Of a DNA stretch of 64,000 nucleotides, positions 9,638 through 21,635 are shown one piece after another. The stretch covers positions 2,356,001 through 2,420,000 of the forward strand of contig NC_027218.1 of NCBI RefSeq assembly GCF_000981445.1. The letters run 5' to 3'. The notes beneath the pieces were generated by a model, which worked only from the letters and a program-made list of their open reading frames with translations, did no database searches and was not told the DNA's origin. Position 1 is the first letter of the stretch. Every line of letters starts with the position of its first letter. The translations under genes and the position numbers were made by a program. The stretch is from Babesia bigemina (lineage: Eukaryota).

Positions 9638-11983
9638 CCTCCTCCGCCTTCACTCCCATGCCACCCACGGCAACAGACAATATGTTTCAAGGTTCCACCA
9701 TATTTAAAAAGGCATAGTTTAAGGAGCTTATATCCACACATGCAATGCGCTGTGCATCCAGATGAGCATGCAAACTTGGTCCGCAATCCCAGAGAACTGA
9801 CTGAGCATTCGTACCACTACATGCGTTGATGAGGCGACTAAACAATATGATGGCCATGGAATCGGGATCTATTATATTTTGTTTGATAATGTAGACCACA
9901 ACTCATCAGGTCACGCCACCCTACTACCGTATGCTGCGGCACAAACATGGTAGCATGATAACGCATCTAATTGTACCGACTGTCGAGTTCATTTAACTTG
10001 CCTCAACATCTTCATATTTATTGCCAACATAACTACACAGTCCCACATATTTTGTACAAAAGCTTCTTGTACTCCAAACGTGTGAAATCATGCGCAGAGT
10101 TCGTAGGTGCCAATTCAGCATCCCCTCTGAATGATGGCACTACAAACTTTCGACGTTGCTATGATGATTATTTAAAACAGGCGTTCACAGCCATCTATAA
10201 TCGGTCATACATATTCATCACTTGATTAATCCATGCTTACCTACATCATAGTATTCTTTCTCTAACTCACCAGAACAATAGCCGTAAACACTCACTAATA
10301 GACGCACTGAGGTGGGAACATACTTCCCATGTTCTACATACACCGTAGATGGCCTTGAAGGCCAACATGCTTTCCCAACTCGACTTGTCATGTACCCAAT
10401 GATCAATGCAGAACAAAGGGCAACGTTCTTGCATAATTCCTCACAACGTGTGGCACCTCCTTTACGTCCATTTACACAGCTATGCATACGGTGAAATTTT
10501 CCAGTCATCCAATGGTGACTTAAGTTTAAAGCCACTTAGTCCATAACCAATCTGCTTCACCTCAAGGAGGTGCTGACCTCGAATCTTAATAATGGCATCG
10601 TTATAAACTCGCTCATGCTGCTTTTAAGCATTTATCATGACAGAAAACCGACTACAGTTATAATCAATGGTATCATGCTACCCATGACGGCGGTGGTAGT
10701 TGGTAGACTGTATACGTCAACCGTTGCTGTGGGTAGATTAATACCAAGGGATATGGCATGTACAATATAAAAACTAAAGTCATTATAGTTCATATACTAG
10801 CATTTCGCCATAACAGTGTTCCCAAATGAACCCTCTCACCAAGTGTTTCGAAAAAGCCCAGAGATCGGCGCTTACATAGCGGCGGGGAATTCCACAACGT
10901 AAGATATAATGCGAAATTGTATAACAAATGGCCAATCTGTAGTAATGTAGCCATGTGCAAATTCGTATCCACGACCCGATATAAAACTTTAGTGTATAGA
11001 AATCCATGCTTTGCCACCATCACATCTCTGAATAATATGTATGAGTAGGTGTAATAGCAGGTTTATTGGTTGAATACAGTAAACAACAATAGTTTCATGA
11101 TGTATTACAGTGGCAAATGGCGATACTTTTGTAAAAAAGCGGCAAGAGTGATCTGTTTATTACCATCCCATATCAATTAAGGGTGATAATTACGGAGATT
11201 ACAAAAGCAACCGTTACTAATATGTCGGCATACTTACAATGCTGTTTTGATCGATACTTGTAACGATCGTCGATGTCTATGGTTGATCTTGTCTGTGGTG
11301 ATGGCAAGACGTAGTAGTTGGTGATGTTAGGAGACATTCGTGTTAGGAGTAAGTAGAGGATTTTAATCCAACGTGTATAGATGCGCAGCTACGAGCAGTG
11401 TTTCAACCCGAAGTCTAGTGTGATAAATATGTCGATATTGGCCGCAAAGGCATTACAACTGATTCGTAATGCCAATGCTAAGCTGGATAATATATCAGGA
11501 ACGCTATAGGACTAGAGGGGGTAGTAACGCATCAGTAGCCGTGGTTTACGATTAGATCGAGACTTCATGCTCTCAGCATTCTGGTCACAAATGTAACAAT
11601 GTACTGTCACATCAACTACCCACATCATTCACACTTCGCAGTAATAAGCGGAAATACTGAGGTACTCAGGAGCAGCGTAGAGCCCGCAATTTTAGTTAGA
11701 AATATACAGAAAGGAACCATCGTCTGAAAAACGCAACTTTGGCATGCACCGGGCATTGTAGAGTCTGGTGGACCTATTCTAAATACCCTGCCATGCATAT
11801 TCAACTCAAGATGCTGGGAGTCATTTTCCGGTCGTCCAGAGTGCTAGATAGCATTGGCAAGCGGAAGCTACATCGATACACACGCATGCTGCTGTCGCTA
11901 GGATAGTGCACCTACAATTGTCACCACCGTGTGGGTAGGCCGTTCATTGGTTTGCAGGTTCTTTGTTAAGTAATGTGTGGAAT

Positions 11984-12412
11984 ATGTCGACAGCTAAGCA
12001 GTGTGAATGTAAATACGAGAAATGTTAAGATACAAATGCTCAGTGCTGCAGGGATAAAGGCTGTACAGCGGAAGGTCCATGTAAATGTTGTACATGTGGA
12101 AATATATGTGACGACACATCCTGTTACTGCTGTTCCCAGTGCTGTAGAAAATGTACAAGCTGCATACGATGCAGAGACAAAGCCAAACATCGCAAACAAG
12201 GAGTATGTAATCATAAGGGTTCTGCGAGGTGTAAAAATTGGTTCACTTGTGGGTGTCGTTGGTGTATAGCCCGATTATGTTCGATGTTTAGCATTCCTGT
12301 ATTCTTAGTTTTATTAGTAATCGCCGAGTACACATACCCCGACAAAGCGAAGAATTTAAGGCGTCGAGTAATGAACGCATTTAGTCAGGATTCTAAGTTG
12401 CCCACCTCATAG
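11984..12412 (+). pseudogene. Cys-rich single-TM family member D with an in-frame TAA at codon 15 (not in ORF track)
   Basis: Manual translation: MSTAKQCECKYEKC*DTNAQCCRDKGC...CYCCSQCCRKC...ARLCSMFSIPVFLVLLVIAEYTYPDKAKNLRRRVMNAFSQDSKLPTS*. TM and YPDK align with member C. TAA at 12026-12028. Confidence 0.8.
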
Positions 12413-13086
12413 TTAGCTGCTGCATACAACAATTACTCCATCACCTAGATAGCAACCTAGGGAATAAAGAGCTCAACAAAGTCATTGCTGAATTGGTGTT
12501 ATGGCATGCTAGTAGGGGTGGAGCGGTGTAAGTCAATGGCATTATCCCATGCTCTAGATGGAATGCTGAGCAAAGAAACTGCTCTTTCACGTTAGCAGCC
12601 GAACATGGCAATCCTACCGAAGGGGTAAACTTATATGATGAATGCCAGGATATCACTTAATTGATTGTGTGTGCGTGTCTACATGATGTGTAGTGTCGTG
12701 ATTATGGGCTACACACTTTGTGATGCCAAGGGACAGTCCAACACGACGTGCCGTGGAAGACGTAATTAGCAGACATTTATGCGCAAAATTGTAGCCATGG
12801 CTAACATTGTAACGCCACACCTCAGGCAATGTAGACAGCCAGTAACGCACCCATGGCGCTGCACGAATTAAGTGATGCGTGGAGCGTATTTAGCGTTAGT
12901 GAATCCTACACAGTAGACTTTTACGTGAATCTCTCACTGCTAAAAACAAAACTCTTCAACACCGGTGCTTCTTGTGGATTTGCAATGTGTGCCAGCGTAG
13001 CGTATCATGGAACGCACGGTGGAAGCGCGTATGTCGCTACTTGAAGGAAACCTCAGAAGGTCTAGCTGCGTTTTCTCCGGTTCGAG

Positions 13087-13476
13087 ATGACGAATGGAAA
13101 GTTTTACCAGGAACCGGTTAACTCTACACCGGAAAAAAATTGTGAATGCAATGGAGATCCCCCCGTTGCTACCTATTGCAGCAATTGTGAGGATTGTAAA
13201 TATTTGGATTGTGTATGTTCATGTTGTGTACGTCGTAAAGTAAAAATAGTTGGTGGTGTAGTCGTAGGCATCGGTTTACCCATCATTATCTACTGCCTCG
13301 CTACGCATCCGCTTCCGGACTTCAGGAAATGGCACGACTACTTCTCGAATCTATTGGGTACCAGAAAACTTAGATTCATCCCCAGGTCGGAGTTGGACGC
13401 ACCCAAAATTACGCATATTACCGAGGAGATGGACATCAATCCCTACTCCTTCTTCCCTTCCAAGGACCTTATGTAG
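13087..13476 (+). CDS. Small Cys-rich single-TM protein (member E)
   Basis: CECNGD...CSNCEDC...CVCSCC, TM IVGGVVVGIGLPIIIYCL, tail TEEMDINPYSFFPSKDLM resembling member C tail. Confidence 0.75.
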   Translation: MTNGKFYQEPVNSTPEKNCECNGDPPVATYCSNCEDCKYLDCVCSCCVRRKVKIVGGVVVGIGLPIIIYCLATHPLPDFRKWHDYFSNLLGTRKLRFIPRSELDAPKITHITEEMDINPYSFFPSKDLM

Positions 13477-13614
13477 CTTAATTGGCTACGTGGAATATAA
13501 ATATCGCAAAAGCTGTTATTTCACGGGAGCAGCACCCAGCAGCATTCTATGTTCGTGCCACGGGATTATGGAAGCACCATCCACAACGGTGTCCAATATA
13601 TTCTGAAAATCGCA
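13420..13614 (+). repeat. 195-bp dispersed repeat (3' end of member E plus downstream DNA); inverted copy at 47772-47966
   Basis: Shared accgaggagatggacatc(a/g)atccctactcctt...tccaaggacct(t/c)atgtagctta and an exact cagcacccagcagcattctatgttcgtgccacgggattatggaag. Confidence 0.9.
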
Positions 13615-14851
13615 TGCCTTTACGTGTATGTCTAGTAACCTCATGCAGTCAACACATCACTGTAACCGTATTATCTCCATTGCCAATCTGTTTGCGTTCT
13701 TTAAACACGGCAAATGATACGTATGATGCGGTAAATTGTTTGACCATAGACAACTAGAAACGTATGTATGCTATAATTGTCGAGGTGGGTGGCACGGAAT
13801 TTCCTTGACGAACAACAGTATTGTGAGAATTGACTTTGCTGGCACCGCCCATAGCATGTTCGGCCAACCTGATTACTACGCCAGAAGCTATATCGAGCGT
13901 TGCATTCCAGCAGCGGATACAAAAAGTAAATGGGTGCTTAATTTATATTAAAGACAAAGCTCCCAAACCATGGCGACACAAATGACAGAATTTAAATGCA
14001 TCGCATTAGATGCGGATCCTATGAGCTAATTGGTGCTCCTCCACACGGTTGGTAATATAGAGGAATAAATTAAGTCTATATTACGACGGAGGGCAACATA
14101 ACGCCGGCCACACAGCCTTTATAGCGCAACTTGGCATTCTCTAGCAAAGAAAGCAGTTTTTGAACAGCATAGATACAATAATCCCACGAATTGATGGCGT
14201 AAACACAGAAAGACGGAAACGAAAAGACCATTTTATAACCTTACGGTAACACTGCCCCTAGGGTGTGTCTGATGACGGCAGAGCGTAAGACACCAATAAA
14301 CTTGGACAAACCAAAAACATTACGAATATAAATATCGACGCACAAGTGTACCACGAGACACTCGAAATGAACCAATACACCGCCGCACCTTGCACAGCTG
14401 TTGACCGCGCCAGCTGCGATAAGCCCTTATACGGAGCTGTGCAACTACGCCAAATAGGCAGTAGCAGTATTTCAACACATGACTAGACGAATATAACAGA
14501 TAGAAAAAATCGTGGCTGCCTGGAGACGGACGCCCACAGAGGCGGCTTGATGCCTCCGAGTGCACATCCCGACTCGCCGTAAAGGTACGAGTTGCAACAG
14601 CAGAAACATACACATCGGCCCTAATTACCTGCCAACGGATGTATAATAGCCGGGGCAACGAGGTTAAGGGGTCATATCGATCTGAAAAATATTGACATAG
14701 TGCCTACTCGGCCGACGACAAGGCGCCTGCGGAAGACGCGAATGCCCCGCGTCGACTGCTAGAACTGAACTTCAGCGGCAAAATAAGCGTTCGCTGACCG
14801 TTTGCAAGGAGACCCCAACAGCATCAGAGTCCGCCCAACGCCCTACTTCAA

Positions 14852-16076
14852 ATGCAGTATCGCGCTGAAGCGTACCCGTTCAAGACGGCGGTGCCGCCAT
14901 CAATGGCGGCGGGGCGTGCCACCATGCCACCGAGGAATGGCACGGGAACCGTGTTCCGCAGGCAAAACACAGTGTCACGCAGCATGGAGCCACCGCAAAA
15001 TACGCTGCGTTCCCCGTTCAAGCCCGACCCCGGGAGCAGGGCGCCCATGATGATGCCGCGGTGTGCCACTGCAAGCATGTTAAATGGCGCATCGAGTGTT
15101 AAACGTAACCCTGTGATGTCGCCGATGCAATATAAGCCTCATACAAAGCTGATGCCTGGGAGCGGGATGAAGACCGCGGTGCTGCCTCAGCCACGACTGC
15201 GTAGCAGCTCGTTAACAAGAAGTGCAGTTATGCCAGACAGGTCTCCGTCAGCAATGCCGAGACAGGGAACAGGAATGTCACGGAGAAATTTTACACCAAG
15301 CTCATATGTGACTGAAGTGTATCCTACCTACCATGCGGCACAACGATCATTCACCCCCTCCAGGGCTCCGACCACACCGATGCAGTATCGCTCCAGAGCT
15401 AACTCTTCGACTATTACGCAGCCAGGCCAGCGTATGCCGCACGGTAACGGCGTTCACATTGCTTTTAAGGGCAGGAATCAGATGAAGGCTTCTTCTGCGC
15501 AGCGGGTAAGTACACGGTTGGATTTAGACAATGATGTTGCAGAGCCAGTCTGTGTTTAAGGGTATGGTTGACAAGATAAAGGAGCACACAGCCGCGCTGC
15601 CAACGATCGACGCTAAGGATGCTGCGCAACTTGTAGGAGGGTTCGTGTCGGGCACGCTCAGCGTGCTTGCCCACATCGTCGGCGATATTCGTGGCGATAT
15701 CATCAACGGCCTATTCAAGCCGGAGGATCCCACGTATGATGCGGCTAAGGCGTACTACTACGCCGGAAACAACCACCCGACCATTCCAACTGGTATGACC
15801 CAGCGCATAGACTACATAGAGGAAATCGACAAGTGCACCCAGATGAGAGCGAACAAGACGCGTGGTGGAGGGCGCAACACAAACGCACAAAGGTCGATGC
15901 CTCCTATGCATTCCTACCATGAGCCGAGGCCGGAGCACGTGCGCAACCACTACCCACGACCCACCGCGTTCGGACATGATCCGCACATGTTCGCAGGGAT
16001 GTCGGAACGATCGCTAGAGGAGTTCCTGCTCAACGATTCGTACTTGGACTCTGCGCCGCCATCTATGCCTAGATGA
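14852..16076 (+). CDS. Hypothetical low-complexity Ser/Pro/Arg/Met-rich protein, 2 exons (~395 aa)
   Basis: Intron 15506-15542 (gtaagt...ttgcag) joins ORF 14852 in frame to ORF 15531-16076. Confidence 0.7.
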
Positions 16077-17016
16077 ACTCATGTGTCTGTCTGCCGAATG
16101 GCAGCGGGGAACTGGCACTTCCTACAATCGACGGACTACGCTAAAAACTGCTAGGAGCTTGGAAGGCCGCGCCTAACCTTTAAAATTTTAAGTGTAACAT
16201 CTGAAAACACATCTATGCAATAACATACAACACATGCTACCTGTGATTAATCATAGCTGCGGGATACGTTTCATCTGACGTGGCATACCCTTGAAACATA
16301 CGGGCGCCAGTGTATTGGGCAGTGCACGATAAAATGCAATACGGAAAACAATAAAAAGCAAACCTGTTTGGGGAACACTAGGCCAATACGCGCCTCAAAA
16401 GCATCAGACATTTTGTCTACCGTCCTATAGTCAGCACCTGATGGCGGTGGGATTATTCGTAAATGCGCAGGGCGCCAGAAAACTATAGTGTTCCAACCAC
16501 TAGACACGGCTTCTGCTACTCACAAACACCTATGTCTCTGCTTGCAAGACTCGGACTCATGGAAAGGTCGATGGCACGTCTTTATGCGCATACCTCTCAG
16601 CACGTGTCTAGAGAATTAACGGCTTCAACAGAAGACACATCGAGTCACATTTATTATACGCAGCATAACTCGAAGAATGTCGTTATTCGTGCCAAAACAA
16701 GCAGCAAAACGGCTTAGTAACGGCCCTGTACACCAACATAACATGTACTCGAGGGGAGCGAAGCATCGCAAGAAGGATGCTGCTCCAACCTAGGGCCACT
16801 GCACACCGAATATACCACACACAAGCCTTCTAACACTAGTGGAGATCACTCATGAGACCGACTAAGGTGCATCACCAGGAATGGCAGCGACAACGCTACG
16901 CTACTGTGGAGAGGCGCGCCTTACACACCCAAGCTGCCTGGAACGTTACAGCCATAGCATGCTATAACAGCAGCACGGCTACAATTGTGGCGGCGTAACT
17001 CTATCACCGGTCCGCC

Positions 17017-18107
17017 ATGTCGTCGCAAAAAGATGACCCTGCCTCGAGGCTGAAGGCGCTCGAGCGCATGGGAGTCGTCAAGGACTACAGCAGGGTGTAC
17101 CGGTCCACTGTGCTCGTCGTTGGAGTCGGCGGAGTGGGCGCCGTGGTTGCAGAAATGCTGACGCGGTGTGGAGTCGGCAAGCTCATCCTGTTCGACTACG
17201 ACGACGTTGAGCTGGCGAATATGAACAGGCTCTTCTACACCCCCAAGCAGGTTGGAATGTCCAAAGTGGAGGTAATGTTGACATCACACCAATGTGACAC
17301 AACGTGCTCTAGGCTGCCAAGCAGACACTCAATGCGATTAACCCGCAAGTTCAAGTGGACGCCGTCCATGCGAACATCTGCAAGGACTACTCCACCTTCT
17401 ACGAACGTATATGCAGCGGCGCCCTTGGCGGTGGACAGGTAGACCTCGTGCTGTCCTGCGTCGACAACTACGCTGCGAGGGTCACAATCAACAAGGCATG
17501 CTGCCAGGCGAACCAGATTTGGATGAATTCGGGAGTGGCAGAAAATGCAACCAGCGGGCAGATACAGACGTGCATACCGGGGATGACTGGATGCTTCCTG
17601 TGCGCGCCCCCGTACATTGTGGCTGTTAAAGGCGACGAAAGCACCATCAAAAGGCCAGATGTGTGCACGGCCAGCCTGCCCACCACCATGGGTGTGGTAG
17701 CCGGGCTGCTGGCGCACAACGCCCTCAAACACATCCTCCAGTTCGGCAACGTCACTAAACTGCTCACTTACAACTCCCTGCAGGACTACTTCCCGTCGTA
17801 CTCGATCGGTTGCAACCCTGAATGCAACGAGAACTACTGCCTGCAGAGGCAGGAGGAGAAGCGGGCAGAGCGTGAAAAGGCACTGGAGGAGGAAAGAGCA
17901 GCAGCGGAAGCAACCTCGAGCGCGTACGAACCAGTAGAACACGAGAGTAACGAGTACGAAATCGCTGTAGTCTCGGAGGACGAGCTCCAGGATGTCAAGG
18001 CAACTGGAACGGCTGCCGCAGAGGCCAAACCGAGCCAGGCTCCTGCGGAAAAGCTGTCACTCAAGGAACTCAGAGAACGCCTTAGAAACGTATCCACGAG
18101 CGGCTGA
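17017..18107 (+). CDS. UBA5: UFM1-activating enzyme UBA5 (ThiF family), 2 exons
   Basis: [62 protein letters not shown], catalytic [27 protein letters not shown]; intron 17272-17312. Confidence 0.92.
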
Positions 18108-18643
18108 GACCGTTACACAGGTTGCAACTACGGTGTCTAATGTCTTCGCCCCGTTTCTACTAAGCTGGACATCGGCACCGAAGTGGTTTACAGGCCATCC
18201 TTGTGCGGTAGAACCATAAAAATACTTTGTATATACCAATGATCTTCTCCTAACAGTAAATGTGTATGGCAGCCGCCGTGTTCTGTGGAGCTACGGGTCT
18301 GGTCACGCAGCCAGCAGGGCTACAACGATGCGCGTACTCCACCACGAAATAGAGCAGGCGTCACACATTGGCGCGCGAATTACCTGTTAACCGCGACGGT
18401 AATTAAACTTGACATATAGCCAACCATAAGAGGCATATCGAGGCCTCCAGCAGAAGGATGTGTAGACACTGAAGTGGCGCGAGCGAAGCTACCGTCATTT
18501 TAAGGCCTCAAGATAACCCTCCGGTTACAGCGGACTGCATCGTCATCAAAACACACCGTGCGCTTACGGTAAAGCCACGGTAACTGCCGCACATCGCAAC
18601 AAGTAGTCGCTGAATCTCGCGAACCGCCACTGTCTGAAACACA

Positions 18644-19504
18644 ATGCAGAGCTTATTGGCCTTCTATACACTGGCCACGGCGGCGATAACGCCGGCGATA
18701 AAGTGGTTCTCATACCTGAGTCTGAAGCCCGTCGAGTACAATAACATGGAGGCGGCCATCTACTCCAAAACCGACAGATACGTGCCGAACGAAAGGTTAG
18801 CAAGCGCACCACAGCCACCTTTAATGTTGCTACAGGGACGTCGACAGGTGCATTTCCAACGGATGGTGGGACCTCGCCAAGAAGATCGTGCTCCTCTCGC
18901 ACGAGGAAGGTGGGTCATAATAGGTGGACGACTAACACGTGCAGGCGTCGACCTCTCGTACCGCGTCAGGCAGAGCGTGGAAACCGTCCAGAAGCAGTCT
19001 GCCGAGCTGCTGCAGCTGTTGAACAAGCACTACGACGAAGTGGACGTCGTCAAGGTCGCCTTCCAGTGGGCGGAGTCACCGCATGAGGTGTTCCTGGCCG
19101 TGAAGTTTTCCAACAGGTGGAGCAGCCCAGGTGAGACTCAGTGCAGCCAAATCAAGTGACATACAACAGCAGGGGCGCTGGTGGTATCTGACGAGTCGCT
19201 GGAGGTAAAAGGCAACAAGTTGAAGTATGTCAGCATGGGCACCCAATCGGACAAAAAGAAGAAGTACATTTTGGAACTGGAGCTCTACGACGAGGTTATC
19301 AAAGACGAGACCAGGGTGTCTCCAGTTTCAATGGGGCGGTTCACCATCACGCTGAAAAAGGCCCGCCCGTCAGTCTGGAACACGCTCACGAAGGGCAACG
19401 AAAAGATCCCCAACCAACAGATTTGGTGGGACATGAAAGACAAACACCAGATTGCATGTGACACCTTCGTGGAGGAAAAACCCGAGGAGAAATCGGAACT
19501 TTAA
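18644..19504 (+). CDS. CS (p23/HSP20-like) domain protein with probable signal peptide, ~4 exons
   Basis: AFQWAESPHEVFLAVKF, YILELELYDEVI, FTITLKKARPSVWNTL; three short GT-AG introns; hydrophobic N-terminus. Confidence 0.75.
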
Positions 19505-19578
19505 TAATGTGACACCGTTTCCCAAGCACTGTAGCCGTGTACCTGGTGCGCTGAACAGCCCGTGATCACCCCGTAAAG

Positions 19579-21369
19579 TCAGGTCTTCTGTAGCTCCACA
19601 TGTTCCGCAACCTGACCCCGTATGTGGTCAACCACGCGCTCTAAGTCGTCACCGTCGAGTTTAACCTGCAACTCATTGAACTCAGTTCCAATAGCTTGTG
19701 TTACCTTTGACCTGTCAGCAAGGCGGTGCACCTGGTATGCCACGCCGCTGGTGCCAACGTCCGGGTGGACGAATATTGGGGCGCCGACGCGATCTGCGAA
19801 ATCCAGCGCCTTCTGCCACTTGCTGGACTTGTAGTAGTGGTACACCCGCAGGCCGCTCTGGCGTAGTCCGTCAATCACGTCATGCACGCGCTGCAAGTCG
19901 CCGCCGCTCGACGTAGATTGCTCGTCACCAGATGGCGGAGTGAACACAACCACGTCAGCGAGGCTCCACGGCGCAAACCGCCCTCTTACACACATGAAAG
20001 CATTATGGTAACTTAGACCCACCGTGACCGCAGGAGCTCCGCAATGGCCACATTGCCCATGCCGAAACCCACGGCATGCGACAGTTGCCGTTCATCGCCA
20101 CGCAGGTCTGGCAAGCAGTTGTCGTAGCGTCCGCCTCCGGCCAGTGCGCGACTCTGAGGGTGAGACCGGTCGAAACACTCGAAGACTGCTCCCGTGTAGT
20201 AGTCGCTCCCGCGCACAATGCTCGTGTCGAACGTAATCCAATCCGCACACTTGGCGCGCTCCAGTCCTTCTACTATCCTCCTGCACCATAAATAAGACCA
20301 AATGATGCGCCAAATACTCACCGTAACACTTTCACAAATGCTGCATCGGCGGGGAATACCCCCTCGATGCTGGACAGGGTGCGGCAATTGGCGATGAGGT
20401 CAAGCAGCGCGGCAGTTTCTGCCGGAGTGAATCCCAGCAATGCCAGCATGGCCTCAAACTCCGGTTGCGATACCTTGCGATATTTGTCGAGCACCTTGCG
20501 AAACTCGTGCAGCCACTGGCTGTCCGACGTGCTCTTTCCCAGAACACCCAGCATTGCCGGCACAATGTCCCGGTGGCTCAGGTGTATAGCCACATCTTCG
20601 CTCGTCAATCCAATCTGCCGCGTCGTTGGCTAAAACGCGACACGTTCAAACGCACCTTGCGGAAGAATGTCACCAGCATCGTCAGAAGCTCGATCTCAGC
20701 CTCGGGCCCGGGAACCCCGACGATGTCGCATGTCCACTGCAGGTGGTTGCGGCGTCGGCAGTGCCCCGGTCGCTCGTAGCGCCAACAATCGGCGAGGGTG
20801 AACCACTTGGAGAGTTGGCTGGGGGCAACAGCGCCGCACGGCGAAGCACCGCCTGCAGCTTCGCCCTGGTCTCGCAGCATCGCCATGAACTGCGGCGTGA
20901 CGTCACCTCGCAGCGCCAGCCGCCTCCCCTTGCGGTCGGTGAACTCGTATAGCTCGTTGCGATGCTCGTCGGTAGCGACTCCCCCGGCGGCGCCGGTGAA
21001 CAGCTCGGCATGCGCAAGCACTCCCAACGAATATTCCGCAAAACCGAAGATCCTGGACAACGCCAGCCACTGAACAGAAGTCAAGCGATGGTAAAGACGC
21101 TACGTAGCTCATGCAGCGTCGCCTACCTCGTCCTGCAGCTGCCTTTGCTCCAGCTGCTCCCGCGGTAGGAAGCACTGGCCGCCACGCACGGTGTAAAGAG
21201 CGACCTTCCCTGCCGACTTCGCACCCAGCGCGGATACCATACGCGCCTCAATGGCTCCATCGTGGACAAAGGGAGCCCCCGGAGCCACGAAGGCGCCGAG
21301 GTCGCGCGAACGCCGGAGGCATCTGCACCAAGCGACAACGAACCACCCTAGCGTGTACCACGCGAACAT
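19579..21369 (-). CDS. HisRS: Histidyl-tRNA synthetase, probably apicoplast-targeted, multi-exon
   Basis: ELYEFTDRKGRRLALRGDVTP, CWRYERP...RRRNHLQWTCDIVG, IVRGSDYYTGAVFE, AGGGRYD, AVGFGMG; N-terminal hydrophobic then basic leader (MFAWYTLGWFVVAWCRCLRRSR). Confidence 0.9.
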
Positions 21370-21635
21370 TGAGTGTGCTAGGCTGCGCGGAACGCGTGGA
21401 AGGCAGCTGCTAGGGTGCAGCCGCGCCGGAACCGCCACCGGGCCGCGTAGACACAGCGCGCTCCGCGCAAAAATTCAGCTATAAACCGGGAATTAGGCGC
21501 ACATCGATTAATGACGGCTGAAAATCGTAACTCGTCGACCGGGACCACGGCGTTGCCCGCGCCACCGCCACCGCGCGAATAGAAGGTTACACACCGTACA
21601 TGCGTTGAAAATTGAAATAGATGTTACATGTGTCG

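Noticed and set aside
11973..12269. 98-aa Val-rich ORF in the track
   Set aside because: Wrong frame; the Cys-rich frame starting at 11984 has family homology
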